This document shows, piece after piece, positions 33,920-47,262 of a stretch of 53,688 nucleotides of DNA; position 1 is the stretch's first letter; every line of letters starts with the position of its first letter. The position numbers and the translations under genes were made by a program. The DNA comes from Octopus bimaculoides. Taxonomy: Eukaryota. The stretch lies in NCBI RefSeq assembly GCF_001194135.2, contig NC_068981.1, positions 165,870,330-165,924,017 of the forward strand, written 5' to 3'. The notes beneath the pieces were generated by a model, which saw only the letters and a program-made list of their open reading frames with translations, made no database searches and was not told where the DNA came from.

Positions 33920-35235
33920 AGGTGAAAAAACATGAGCCTCAACATAATAGATCAAACTGTTAAGTCTTCCCGAAACCACAATCTAGCTTCTTAAAAATGA
34001 AACACAATAAATGATGTAGTCTGGAACACAAAATTCCTGAAAGGAATGAGACTGGAATATTCATGTCTGGAATACTATGTTCATATGTCTACCTGATACA
34101 GAGCTGACTTGGTACTGAATAACTAATAACAGGTTAAGCTAATTAACAGTAACTCAATTACCAATCAATTATAAAAACAATACCAGCAAGTCAGTGAGGG
34201 AGTCTATACATAGCTGCTCAACCCACCAGAATTAGCTAGATAACTTTTAAATGACACCTGTAGCCTAGCTGGACAAGGGGAGCAGTCTGGCTCAAGCAGT
34301 GCTTTTATAGGGGTAGCACTTTTGAGTCTGCTGTATAAGCCTGTATAGGCTTAGGTGGGGGCTCGAACTCCAGGGATAGATCATGTAGCACACATTCTAG
34401 CTATGCCACTGAATCACACTTTTTGACTTTATGAAAAAAAAAGGGATGTGTTGGATAATGTGGTCCTGTGTTTTCTGGATAAAAGGCAGGATGGTCACAA
34501 CTGGAGTGCATAGGTATGCTCAGTCAGTGCTAACCTGAGGTTAAATACAACAACAATACTAACAAATCAATGAGGGAGTCTCTACATACTTACTCAACAT
34601 GCTAGAAATAGCAGCAAAATCCTGCTCCAGTCACATTCCACTGTCTTTCAAAAAAGAAAGACACATTTGATAATGAAGTCCTAGATGTTGCCACAAAGAC
34701 AAGGTTGCCTTAGCTAGAATGCCTTTTAATGTAAGCCTACTCAATGAAGGTTGACCCGGAAGAAACAACCATAACAAAGTAATACACTATATAAGATGTA
34801 TATTGTTATATTCATAAATAGGGCCTTGGTGTAATTGCTCGTATGCTAGAAATAGTAACCAAATCTTTCTGAGATTTTACTTTGTGATACTAAAAAGAAA
34901 AGAAGCACAATGAATAATGGGATTCTGGATATAATGTTTGAATTAAAGGCAGGATGATTACTGAATGAATACATCTAATCATAGGTTTCCTCAATCAAAG
35001 TTGTCTCAGACTAAATATCAACAATATCAATGCAATACATACACAGGAAATACAGAGGTACACTTGAAGCCAATGAGACTGCCTTTACGTGGTCGCTTGA
35101 CTTGCTAGAAATAGCAGTCAACTATTAAGTTAAATAAGATAATGCAGCCCTTGGTTCTCTGCATATAAGGGAAAAAAGGGGATAGTTATGGTTAGAATAT
35201 CTTTTATCATATGCCTTAGGTGTATGTAATATAGC
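33920..35235 (+). mobile_element. Cluster of about five same-orientation family F copies
   Basis: Signature variants (TGAGGGAGTCT, GCTAGAAATAGC, GGATGGTCAC, AACAAC tail) recur near 33920, 34180, 34560, 34830 and 35070. Confidence 0.7.
34270..34420 (-). mobile_element. Distinct tRNA-headed element (one copy in this window) nested in a family F copy
   Basis: Minus-strand A-box TGATTCAGTGG and B-box GAGTTCGAGCC about 36 nt apart, followed by two hairpins. Confidence 0.5.
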
Positions 35236-35469
35236 TATAAGTATAGAAAAGATATATTTCTCACATTGTTACAAGGTCACACATTATAAGGATAGGTTAT
35301 AGGTGATTAAATCAACTTTAGTACATGTCTAAGACTGTTTTGATGAACGGTTAAAAGACAAGTTTGCCGTACCAGGGTTTGAACTTGGAACATAAACCTA
35401 ACTAAATCCAAGAAAGCATTTTGTTTGGTGCTTTACAGACTCTGTCACTCCATTGCCTTTGGACAATAT

Positions 35470-35825
35470 TAATCTTTTAATTGTTTCAGTTTTTGGACTG
35501 TGGTTATGGTGGGGCACAGTCTTGAAGGGATTAGTCAAACAAATTGATACCAGTATTTTTTTTTTTAGTTCTGGTACTTATTCTATCAGTTTCATTTGTC
35601 GAACTACTAAGTTATGGGAACATATACAAGCCAACATCATTGTCACCTACTTGAAACATACATACATAGCTACACACATGCACACACTTCCACACAGTTT
35701 CCATTTGCCAAATTCACTTAAAAGACATAAGTTATAGCAGAAAACACTCAACATGCCACACAGTGGGACTGAGCCGAAAACCACATATCTGCAAAGTGAG
35801 CTTCTCAACTACACAGCCATGCTTT
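35470..35825 (-). mobile_element. SINE family B (B1), diverged
   Basis: Reverse collinear with 19088-19495. Confidence 0.8.
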
Positions 35826-36604
35826 CATCTGTTTGATAAAGTTTTCTTAACTGTGTAAAATGTTCCCAAGGTTAAAGCAAAGAAAGTTACCTATTTCTTT
35901 TTCATTCTATCTACGTCTTTAATATGATTGTGTACATTGACACAGCAGCTAAATATGTCTCCCAAGATGCCTGTGATTGACAATAAATTGATTTGAATGG
36001 TGCTTCAGCTAATTACAACTCGGTCACATATTTACTGGTGCCACTAAAAATAAACTCCCACTAAAAATAAGCTCCCACTAGTTCTATTCCTTTCGTTGTG
36101 TTTTTATTTTATTTTAGCAAAACATTGATTTCTAATATCAGCAAAAGGTTATTAAGTTTTGAGATGGGATATTATCAATAAAATTAATTCTGGTTTTTAA
36201 TGGGTATATTTATTTTAACAATCCTAGAAAGATGAAAGACAAAATCTACATCAGGGGAATTTAAACTCAAAGTAATGTATTTTGTCTGTCAATCCTATTC
36301 CCTGTACAAGCAAAATATATTAAAATCTAATGCCTAAGGTAAGCAATTGTTAATATGATTATAATTTTTGAACTTTTCATTTGAATTCAATGGAAAATAT
36401 TCTAATATTTACATCTATACTGTTTCAAGTCATTTAATCTCTGATTGATGTAAAGTGTTTTATTCTTGGGTATAGACATAATCCTGGACTGGATTGGATC
36501 TAGTTCAATACCATATACACATACAGGAATATGACATTTGATGACAATCAAACCAATCAAAATATGGTATAAAGGATTAATAGCCTAAAAAAAAAAATCA
36601 TAAT

Positions 36605-36822
36605 ATATTGGTTTCAAATTTCAGCACAAGACCAGCAATTTCGGGGAGGGAGTAAGTCAATTACATTGACTCCAGTGCTCAGCTAGTACGTATTCTATCA
36701 ACCCCAAGAGTATGTAAGGCAAAGTCAACCACAGCTGCATTTGAACTTAGAACATACAGATAGATGAAATGCTGTTAAGCATTTTACCTGGTGTGCTAAC
36801 AATTCTGCCAGCTCACCACCTT
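36605..36822 (-). mobile_element. SINE family A
   Basis: Reverse of 263-457. Confidence 0.85.
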
Positions 36823-36974
36823 TATAATGATAACAATATACTAAAATCAGTTATGTTACAAGAATTTTCCACAGATCTGTTTTATTCTCATAGTCCTAAT
36901 ACTTAAATAAAGCACCTTCTACATACACATTCAAGACCATACATTCATCCAACATGTTCCAATTACTGACCCAT

Positions 36975-37262
36975 TTTGAACTGTGACCTCTCTCTTTATC
37001 ATCTCCTTCATTATATTAGCTCTTGCTTTTATAAACTTGCTGGCTTTATGCCATTTCTATTAAATCCACTTCATACCCTCATTTCTGCACTTGCTATTCT
37101 GTGTATGATGTTTCACTTGCCAGATTCCATACTAAACATTTTCCCACAATCCTTCTCCAGAATTCCTTCCTCAGAAACTCCCTCGCTGCCTATATTTTCT
37201 TTTCAACCATTAACCTGCATGCAACAATTCAGTCTTAATATAGCAGCACAAGTCTTACCCAA
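36975..37262 (+). pseudogene. Decayed C-terminal ORF2 end of a CR1/L2-group LINE
   Basis: DLSLYH...CFYKLAGFMP, SLARFHTKHF, RNSLAAYIFFSTINL resemble the LINE ORF2 end pattern SLFYRYY..CS.ELA...WNSLP..VFP..NL. Confidence 0.6.
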
Positions 37263-37504
37263 TTAATACTTTCTCCTATCCTAAGAACACCTAATAAGTA
37301 TGTATGTGTATGTTCATAACTTCTCTTCATAACACTTATAAAATAAAAAAGAATTTTATGGCTCTGAAAAGTCTGATGTCTTTGTATGGACTTTTATGCA
37401 TATTACACACAGGTCACCTTTCAAGACAAGGCAAAAACTAACAATACTTAGTTTCTAATCTAAAACATGTGCCCCTTGATGCATACCTGGATATAAGAAA
37501 CAAA

Positions 37505-37680
37505 TATTGGTTTCTGATTTTAGCACAAGGCCAGCAATTTTGGTAGGATTGGCCAAGACAAATCAATCCTGGTGCTCAACTGGCACTTGTTTTATCAACC
37601 TCGGCTGAATTTGAACTCAGAACATACAGATGAATTTCCGCTAAGCATCTTGCCCAGCATGCTAATGATTTTGCCAGAAA
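37505..37680 (-). mobile_element. SINE family A, internally deleted
   Basis: Family signature GAATTTGAACTCAGAAC. Confidence 0.8.
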
Positions 37681-38324
37681 CAAATATCAAAAATTTATCG
37701 ATACTATAACTATAATATACAGTAAATCTATTGCTGTAGCACATGTTTAAGCTGACACTGCATGTGTAATTAGATACACTGAGTAAATGTAAATAAATGC
37801 CTATACAATCTCCATTGTATTACTACAATCGATTTATTCTACTGTTCAATAACAGTATCAAAAAACATGCTGCTTAGCATATCAATAATTAATTAAAATA
37901 CATTTGTCTGGAAATCTTTTCCTGCTTAAATACTTTTCCCNNNNNNNNNNCCCCATCTTTTTACTCTAACTAATAGTAACAGTTCAGCTTAAGCCTTACC
38001 CAAATTGGATCCATCCTGTTAGTCATATATTCTCTGCCTCTATCAGTCTGAAAGTGATATCAGCCCTATTTCATTCTCAGGTCCAAAATGCAAATGATTC
38101 AACCACTTTTGTTCATTTAAGTTCTCTGAAAATCATTAGCATTTAAAAAATATTGTCATTCTTGTTATTTAGCTCTAGGCCAGACCTAGTTCAGAAGACC
38201 AATAACCAAAGGCATTTCAGCCCATAACCGTATTTTTTTCACTGATGGCAGGTGAGGTTTCTGAGAAAACCGGCTGCTATTCCCTGCAGGTTAAGCAAAT
38301 GCATGAAGGTTTCATTTTCCTGTC

Positions 38325-38660
38325 TTCTATCTTTTAGCTGTTTCAGTCAGTGAACTGTGGCCATACTTATATTTTTAAGTCTGGTACGTATATTATCGGT
38401 TTCTTTTGCCAAAACCACTCAGTTATGGAGACATAAACCGACCACCACCATTTGTCAAGAGGTACACACACACACACACACACACAACATGCATATGACA
38501 AGCTTCTACACAGTTTCTGTCTACCAGATTCACTCACAAGGCATTGACCAATCTGGGGCTAGAATAGAAGATATTTACCCAAGTTGCCACACTGTGGGAC
38601 TGGATTTGAAACCATGTGGTTGCAAAGCAAGCTTCTTAACTACACAACAATGACTGCTAC
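38325..38660 (-). mobile_element. SINE family B (B1)
   Basis: Family signatures. Confidence 0.8.
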
Positions 38661-39119
38661 CAAAATTTTACAGGCAAAATTCATATTAATTTTGGTGTGA
38701 AAAATCATATTTTTCAACTGCTAGGTTTCTTGTGAGAAATTTTTCTATACTCTGCTTATCTTTTTACTACCAGTCTGCCCATGACAGTAGTTAGATCCAT
38801 GATACAAAACCTCTTCTTTTATGTGTTCTTATTTAAATTATAACCTTCCATTATAGTTTTGGTATATCTTTGTTGAGTTATGTTCCAGACACCAGTTTCA
38901 TCATCAACATTTTTATATGCACCTTTCCATGCTGGGTGGGACTTTCTGTGACAGTGTTTTTATGGCTCAGTGCCCTTTCTGATGTTAAGTCTTACAACTA
39001 GTGGAGATACTGGGTACCTATCTTAAAAACCAAAATACACATGGATAGTAATGACAAATTAGTAACTTCACTAAATCCCTCCAAAATACTTATTTCCCAT
39101 TTTACCATATTTTCTGGCA

Positions 39120-39385
39120 TATCATCATCGTTTAACATCCGCTTTCCATGCTAGCATGGGTTAGACAATTTGACTGAGGACTGGTGGACCAAGAGGTGAC
39201 ACCAGGCTCCAATCTGATTTGGCAGAGTTTCTACAGCTGGATGCCCTTACTAACACCAACCACTCCGAGACTGTAGTGGGTGCTTTTATGTGCCACCGGC
39301 ACGAGGGCCAGTCAGGCGGGTACTGGCGACGGCCACGCTTGAAATGGTGTATTTTACGTGTTACCTGCACAGGAGTCCAAGTTGA
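39120..39385 (-). mobile_element. RTE 3'UTR fragment with one stem-loop unit and (GAT)n tail
   Basis: Reverse of 47040-47262. Confidence 0.88.
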
Positions 39386-39540
39386 TATATAAGTGTAAAC
39401 ATTCAAACATCATCATCATCAGTCTAAATCTTGCTTCATTTCACATGGAATTTTTGGTTCTTCAATATCATCTTAATGTATAAGTTAACCTACATTTTTG
39501 CACTGCAAATTTTGCTCTGAAAAATTCAACTTGCATACAG

Positions 39541-39824
39541 GAAAATATGGTACTTGAAACAGTAGAGGCAGAGTATTCGAATGGTAATATGCTTATAAAA
39601 GAGTTAAAGATTGGAATTGATTTTTAGCTGATTGTTGACTCTCAGGAAACTTTTTCAAACTGATACCAAATTCATGTAAAATTTATCAGCAACATCATGT
39701 TGATTGCATTGGGACTATTAGGATCAATACTGCCATTGTGAATCTTAAAACTAGCATGAAAACTGATCCACAAAGTGTTCATAAACAGCTGTATTCTTTG
39801 ACTGAAAACAATCACCCGAGATGA
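39541..39824 (+). CDS. Candidate exon pair 39541-39583 (ENMVLETVEAEYSN) and 39646-39824 (open to TGA)
   Basis: AG/GT bounded, phase-compatible across a 62-nt intron. No homology recognised. Confidence 0.2.
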
Positions 39825-40194
39825 AAGTAAAATATTCATTTTCTAGCAAGTTAATGTATTCAGTTTAGATTATCTGCATGAGAATTTTTTTGTTGATTCT
39901 CTTGTTTGTTTGCTCTGTAATGCTTTGAATAGCTAAAATATATGATTTATTTATTTCCCTGATCTATCATGATGTTATGGTGGTGGTGACACATACAGAG
40001 GAGTAAATAAGCTTTTGATGAACCAAGTCTATGGTCTTGTAGTTGCTGCTGTTTGGCCTCAGGTCAGCTTTCATTGAGCAGACCTTATAATGAAAACCAT
40101 GAACATTGTGTGATTTGAGTGGGGTTTGCTATTATTTTTACCTTACTTATGATCTAGTATAAATTCTGGGCTAAAGTCTTTATTATTTTACTTG

Positions 40195-40562
40195 TTTCAA
40201 ATATTTGACTACATCCATGTTGGGGTACCACCTTGGTAGGAGTTTAGTCAAACAAATTGACCTCAGTACTTGTTTTTTAAGCTTGACACTCTAACTGTCT
40301 CTTAAGCCACTAAGTTACAAGGGCGTAAACAAACTAACATTGGTGGTCAAGTGGTGAGGGTAGACAAACACACACACATACACACAGATATATATACTAT
40401 GAGCTTCCACACATTTTCCACCTACCAAATCCACTTACAAGATATTGGTTGGCACAAGGCTATATAGTAAAAGACACTGGCTCAAGTTTGCTGTGCAGAG
40501 GGATTGAACTCAAAATTATATGATTGCAAAGCAAAATTCTTAACCACAGTCATGCCTGTGCT
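40195..40562 (-). mobile_element. SINE family B (B1), diverged
   Basis: Family signatures. Confidence 0.8.
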
Positions 40563-40726
40563 TTTGAAGAAGGGAAAAAAAGCATGAATGTTGCTCAATA
40601 CCAACTCTTCTCTGTATTCAATTACATGAGATTGTACCAATGTGAAGAGATTGGAGTTATATTCCTATACAGCATCCTTACATGAATGATAGTATAATAA
40701 AAGATTAAACAAGATATACAAGGATA

Positions 40727-40982
40727 TATCATGTTTCTGTATTATCTTCTGATGCACTTTAAAACTATAAAAGAATACATCATCATGTCTTTGCATTGTC
40801 AAGTGATATCTTTCAAAAGTTGTAAGGGGGCATATCATGTCTTCATTATTGTTTGCTGAAATCTTTCAAAGATGTATCATGTCTCTATTGTGTGCTGATA
40901 AATCTTTCAAAAATATGAAAGGACATATCATGTTTTTGTTAATTTGATAAATAAGATTTTCTTTTCAAAAGTCTATCATCTG
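40727..40982. repeat. Diverged minisatellite of about 50 bp, about 5 units
   Basis: TATCATGT-type anchors at 40727, 40781, 40833, 40875, 40926 and 40974, most followed by TCTTTCAAA. Confidence 0.75.
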
Positions 40983-41084
40983 TTGAATCCATAATGTATG
41001 TTATTTGTGGGCAGCACAGGAACAAAAAGCGTTGTGTCTATAGAGGATGATATCAGGGTTTCGTATTCACTGATTGCTGTGTAG

Positions 41085-42410
41085 GTGCAAATATGTCTTT
41101 GTGGTTAAGAAATTCACTTTGCAACCCTGTGGTTTAGGCTTGATTTCTTTGTGTGAAATCTTTGATGTCGTCTATCCTATCTTCAGGTTGTCTAATACTT
41201 TGTGACTGGAATTTAGTTGACGGAAACTATGCTGAAGCTTATCATGTATCTGTCTCTGTGTGTTCACATGCATGGATATCTTTCATCTCTTTCACCTACA
41301 TATGGCAATGGATATTAAAACATCAGTGGAAAATAAATAATCAGTGCTTTCCAAACACAGTCCCTTGAAACATTTGTTCTACTCTTAGTAACTGGTACTC
41401 CATTGGTGTTATCAGCTTCAGAGACGCATTGAACCATTGATTGAACCTGTTGGAAACATGATGATTCTGGCAAGAAAGGTAAAGTCGACTCTGACAGAAT
41501 TTGAACTCAGAACATAAAGAGAACTAATGATTCTGTCAGCATGCCACATAACAATAATAATAATAATCCTTTCTGCTATAGGCACAAGGCCTGAAATTTT
41601 GGCAGGAGAGGACTAGTCAGTTACATCAAACCCAGTGCTCAACAGGTACTTATTTTATCAAAAGGCAAAATCAGTCCCAGTGGAATTAGTCACAAACATA
41701 GCCAGGTGGATGTTTGCTTTGCAACTGCACAGATCTGGCTGCAATCTCATTGTACAGCAGTAGCCTCTTGGTAGAAAGTGTCTTCAATTGTAGTTTCAGA
41801 TTGCCCAATGTCTTGTAAGTGGAATTTAGGAGATGTTGTCTCATGGGAGACCAATGTGTGTGTGTGTCTGTCTGTCTCTGACTCTGTGTATGTTTTTATA
41901 TACATGTATGTGTATTTGTGCATTTGTGTCTGTCTCTATGTATTTTTTATATACAGTCACCATATTCCCTTCCATATCGACTAACTCTGATGGGCATAAA
42001 GTTATATAATCAGTTTGTTACCTAACGCTCCATTGTATTCTTTACACGAAACTGATTGGTAAGACCAGCTGTGATGGATATTTAATACTATACATTTTGG
42101 ATTATATATATGTGTGTGTGTGTGTGTGTGTGCATATGTATGTGTCTATGTATGCTTATAGGTATACGTATATGTCTGTATATAAGTATGTATATATATG
42201 TGTGTATATGGATGTATGTGTATTTGTGTTTATGTTTACACTTGTAAGCCTTGTCTTGCCCCTATGTGTCCTGTACCAAGTGGATCAACAAATAGAGAGT
42301 GATGAAATAATTACTCAACTGAATTAAGTACTAGAGTCATGATTGACTAAAATCCTTGAAGTTGTTGCTCCAACATGGCTGCAATCCAGTGACTGAAACT
42401 CGTGAAAGTA
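41085..42410. mobile_element. Cluster of degraded SINE-B (plus) and SINE-A (minus) fragments and microsatellites
   Basis: B head at 41085, A pieces at 41470-41690, B head near 41700, B1 tail at 42230-42410. Confidence 0.7.
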
Positions 42411-43077
42411 ATAATAATAATAACAATGATAATAATAATAATAATAATAATGGTAATTCTCAGATTCTGGTCTCTTTTTCCTACAATATATCATTATTAA
42501 TTATAAATAACACATAATAAAATGTCCAACTTGCTGTTACTTGTGGTTGTTGGGTGAGACTAGGAGCAGCTCATATAAAATGAAGCAACAACATCATAAA
42601 TAATAATAATGATAATAATTCTGAAAAGACCTTGACTGATTACCTATTACTAAGGACTTGAGTGTATCAGAGACAATAAATTCTTTATACTCTGTTCTTT
42701 AAATGTGGTATACTTGGAGAGTATTAATAAATTGCCAAGATTTGCATATGTATCTGCTTTTGCACTCTAACCCATTCTTTTGTCATATGAGAAAGAATGC
42801 AAGATTACGCTATAGTTTTCAAATTCCATATAAATAGAGAAATAAATATATAAATTAACTACTTTACTTTGTTTTCTGAGAGTTTGTCGGTAGAATTCTG
42901 GGAATTCAACTGTTCTAAATAAATAAATCAGCAATTAAGATATGTATGTGTGTATAATACATAATATTATGCATGAATATGTAAATTGTGTGTATGTGTG
43001 CATATATATATATATATTTATATACACACACATGCAAATAGATATTCATATATATATATATTCACACACACACACAC

Positions 43078-43132
<55 letters not shown>

Positions 43133-43133
<1 letters not shown>

Positions 43134-43290
43134 TGTGTGGAGTGGTTGGTATTCGGAAGGGCATCCAGCTGTAGAAACCATGCCAAATCAGACTGGAACC
43201 TGGTGCAGCTCTCCAGCTTACCAGTTTCAGTCAAACCATCTTAACCCATGCCAGCATGGAAAGCAGATGCTAAATGACGATGCTGATGAT
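43133..43290 (+). mobile_element. RTE-type 3' tail fragment after a long (TA)n
   Basis: GGAAGGGCATCCAGCTGTAGAAAC...GCATGGAAAGCAGATGCTAAATGACGATG. Confidence 0.88.
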
Positions 43291-43578
43291 ACATATGTCA
43301 GTAAAAATTAAGACTATCATTTTCCTTTGCAGTTTCTAAGTGGGGTATGTACAACTATTTAAATTTTTTTTTTCTACTGAAGCAGAATGAATAGGTGTTT
43401 GTATTGAGACTTTGCATCAAAAACTTGAAACTAATATTGTTTCACTTCAAGTGCACAGTTTTCTAACAGTATTTTTTGTTTGTTGCACAATATTTCATTT
43501 GGACAGGTTTACTTGTTTGCATCAAGTCACATGTTTTATTTACATTTTGAGGGCCGTTTACACTAAGTGACATTTCAG

Positions 43579-43690
43579 TTTCGCAGAGAAAGCAACTATT
43601 CTGACTGATCAATATTTTAATACCAATTCAGTTATGCAAGTTTATCAATACCTTTTAGCACTACCAGTGCAGTTTGAAGAATGGCAGCAA
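43579..43690 (+). CDS. Candidate exon (FAEKATILTDQYFNTNSVMQVYQYLLALPVQFEEWQQ)
   Basis: CATTTCAG acceptor after an upstream in-frame stop, CAA|GTAGGC donor, 37 open codons. Unlinked. Confidence 0.25.
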
Positions 43691-43793
43691 GTAGGCAAAC
43701 TGTCTTGTGTGTGTATGTGTGTCCTTTTTTTTTTTTTTTCAGCTTCTTGCCTCTCACTCTTCCCATATTTTTCTCTTCATCTCATTCTCCCAA

Positions 43794-43836
<43 letters not shown>

Positions 43837-43904
43837 ATATTTAGAAAGCCATGTTCTCTACAAGACTGCCAAGAATATGAGATTTTCTCATTAAGGCATG
43901 ACTT

Positions 43905-44208
43905 TCAGGTTAACTAGTTCACTTTGCAACCATGTGGTTTTGGGTTCAGTTCCATCTTGTGGCACCTTGGGCAAATGTTTTCTAATATAGCCCCAGGTCA
44001 ACCAATGCCTTATGAGTGTCCCCTAATAACTTCTTGACAACTGGTTTTGACTTGTTTACATCCTCATAACTTAGCAGTTCAGCAAAGGAACCAATAGAAT
44101 AAGTATCAGAATTAAAAAAAAATAAAATAAGTGCTGGAGGTTGATTTCTTCGTGGTGGTGCCCCAGCATGGCCGCAGTCCAATGACTTAAACAAGTAAAC
44201 AATAAAAA
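43905..44208 (+). mobile_element. SINE family B (B1), internally deleted
   Basis: Family signatures. Confidence 0.8.
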
Positions 44209-44794
44209 GGTCATCTTAATTCTGTTAATTCGGCTAACCATCAGCTGTTATTTAACAACCTGTTGACTCCTGTGTTGAAGACATCCATTCTAAATCACCT
44301 TGGTCTGCAGTCATTCGTAAACTCTTAAATGATAGGTTCTCTTCTTCAAACAGAAAAATAACTTAAAATTAGTTCTGTCTGTTCTTTTTACTGTCCTTTA
44401 TATTGTCTTTCTAATTTATATTTATGTGGTGGGAAACCAGCTTGACTCTCGGGTTAGTTGGAAAATAACAATGATACCCCCATCAGTCTTGGCAATGAGT
44501 ACTTTGTTGTTTAACTAATTGCAAAATTAAATTAAAAGTGTAAGTGACAGAGTATTCCTCAGATATGTGTACCTTTTAATGCAATTCTCCCAATAAATCA
44601 GTTTGAGATAATGTCATTCATGAGGTTGGACATTTGAATTATAGACATGTTTTCATGATTAAGAGTAAGAGAACCACACTAATACTGGACTGTTACTTTG
44701 GTTTCTCACCTCCAAAATGATGGAAGGCTAAGTGGACCTTGGAGAGATTTGAAATGAGAACACTGAGAGCTGAAATTAATACAAATAAAGTATT

Positions 44795-45175
44795 AAATGT
44801 GGCTATGTGGTTAAGAAGTTTGCTTCTTAACCACATGGTTTTGGGTTCAGTTTCAATGCATGACACCTTGGGTGACTGTCTTCAACTATAGCCCTAGGCC
44901 AACCAAAGCCTCCCGAGTCACTTGGTAGATTGCAACTAAAAGAAACCTGTTGTGTGTGTCCATGTCCTTGTTTTGACATAGTGTGATAGTTGTAAATGAG
45001 TGTCATTCACTTTCAATATTCTATGACAACATGTCTTGCCATAGGGAAATATTACCTTGCTTGGAAACAGGTGAGGGTTGGCATCAAGAAGGGCATATAG
45101 CTGTAGAAAATTTTCCTTGATAAATTCTGCCCAGCCTATGAAAGCATGAAAAAGTGGACGTTAAAATGATGATTA
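44795..45175 (+). mobile_element. SINE family B (B2 tail)
   Basis: Collinear with 9160-9562. Confidence 0.85.
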
Positions 45176-45497
45176 TATATGTGTGTATATATCGATTATA
45201 TATACACACATACATATATAGAGTGATGTATTTCAGATTTGATGTTTTAACAAAGACTCTCTGCTTTTGAAGCTATTTGCTCTACAGTTATCTTTTGAAT
45301 GTAGAGAGTCCTCTTTGGATTTCTGGTTTCCTTGATCTTTGATTCAATAATTTTCATTTATAATATAGTATATATTTGAAGTTGGTGTTTCATTTTGATC
45401 CTTACTCAGTTTAATCTTCCCACTCTGAATAGGATGGATAAAAACCTCTACTTCAAATACATTACTATTTGTATTGCATATTTTTTTCAGCTCTGTC

Positions 45498-45502
<5 letters not shown>

Positions 45503-45582
<80 letters not shown>
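45503..45582. repeat. (GT)n microsatellite
   Basis: Directly visible. Confidence 0.95.
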
Positions 45583-45584
<2 letters not shown>

Positions 45585-46569
45585 GGAGGGGGAGAGATTT
45601 TTTTTCCTCTCTTTCTTGCTTTTTTTTTTCTTTACTTATATTATTATTCATTGTTGGTAATTCTTGTTAAGAATTCTCTGTGATTCTGTTTTGATCAGAT
45701 AAAGCAGATAGTTACAGTCAGTAAGTAAGAAATAAAACAATAGTAGTATATCCTTTGTCAAATTATTATTGTTTTTGTGGTTCCTTTGTGTTTGTTTTTT
45801 ATCAATTCAATATATTGTATGTAACATTGCTTGTGCTTTGACTTTTTTCTAAAGTTACTTTTTTTTTTTTTTTTCATTTCATCCATAGTTTTTAAATTCC
45901 AATAACATTGTTCAGATTTATAAACCATTTGAATTGTCTATTATTTTGTCTTTAAATAGAATTCGTAGGTATTTTATTCCATCTAGTTGTTTTATTCTAT
46001 ATGTTGACATTCTATTTTATGTAGTTAGTTTAAAACCAACCAAACATGTACCATACACATTGCTGGAGTGGGAACTTTGTTATTTTAGCTAATACTGTAT
46101 TTGTGAAGGTCTTTGACCTTGTGGTTTATGGCATTCAGCACACTATAAAAAGTCATTGTTTCAGTTTTTGGAATGAGTGGCTCATATTGCCCTTCAGCAA
46201 GGTACATCATTTCATGCTGCTCCAATCTATATTGCTGAGAATGAATACCTGTCTATTGCAGATGCAACCCTTTCTCTTCTCAGCTGTTAGATTTTTGATA
46301 TTCTGCTGGGTTGAGGGGTGTGACTATAAGATGTGTATCTGCTTCTAACTACAAACTGAAAACAATTAATGAAAGCCTAGTCATATGTTTTCAGGTCACA
46401 TGCTTTTGTGAGTGACAGTTATTTTTATTTATTATATAATGTCTCTTGCTAAAGAGAAATAGACATTTATTTATCTCTTTATTTTAAATAAATTCTGTTT
46501 GTTTTTATTGTGTACTTTTCTACCCGGTGGACAACTGCTGCCAAATTTCCCTCAAATTCACTCTGCACT

Positions 46570-47262
46570 CGGCCATTTTATGAAAGGACATTTTGGAAGA
46601 CCTGGGATGGGGTGGTGAAGCACGACCTTCGAACATTGGGCCTCACCAAGGCAATGACAAGTGACCGAGACCTTTGGAGATATGCTGTGCTTGAGAAAAC
46701 CCAGCAAGCCAAATGAGACCATAACTGTGGTCTATGCCAGTGCAGCCATAACAAGCCCATTTAAGAGTACTCTTCAATCATTGGGCCATAAACTGTGCTT
46801 GCGAAGACCTGTTGAGGCAAGTGAAATTGCTGTCGTAGCCAATGACAGTATCACCTGATTGGCACCTGTGCCAGTGGTACATTAAAAGCACCATTTGAGT
46901 GTAATCATTGCCAGTGCTGCTTGACTGGCTCCCATGCTGGTGGCATGTAAAAAGCACCATTCAAGTGTGATCGTTGCCAGTGCCACCTGACTGGCTCCTG
47001 TGCCGGTGGCATATAAAAAGAACCATTTGAGCGTAGTCGATGCCAGTACCGCTTGACTGGCCCTCGTGCTGGTGGCACATAAAAAGCACCCACTACACTC
47101 TCGGAGTGGTTGGCTTTAGGAAGGGCATCCAGCTGTAGAAACTCTGCCTGATCAGATTGGAGCCTGGTACAGCCTTCTGGTTCGCCAGCCCTCAGTCAAA
47201 CTGTCCAACCCATGCCAGCATGGAAAGCAGACGTTAAACGACGATGATGATGATGATGATGT
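46570..47262 (+). mobile_element. 5'-truncated RTE-clade LINE: ORF2 C-terminus, 3'UTR with 66-bp repeats, (GAT)n tail
   Basis: KTWDGVVKHDLRTLGLTKAMTSDRDLWRYAVLEKTQQAK* matches the RTE C-terminal pattern RP.KTW...V..DL.....DR..WR. Confidence 0.88.

Noticed and set aside
40727-40982. Repeat-spacer look resembling a CRISPR array
   Set aside because: Eukaryotic context, degenerate repeats, mutually homologous spacers and no cas genes.
46046-46348. ORF containing WNEWLILP, resembling the PI3K/Vps34 C2 domain
   Set aside because: The match is a single short motif. The preceding FVKVFDLVVYGI...WL fits a decayed LINE RT (FAKAFD..DHG) at least as well, so it is left unassigned.
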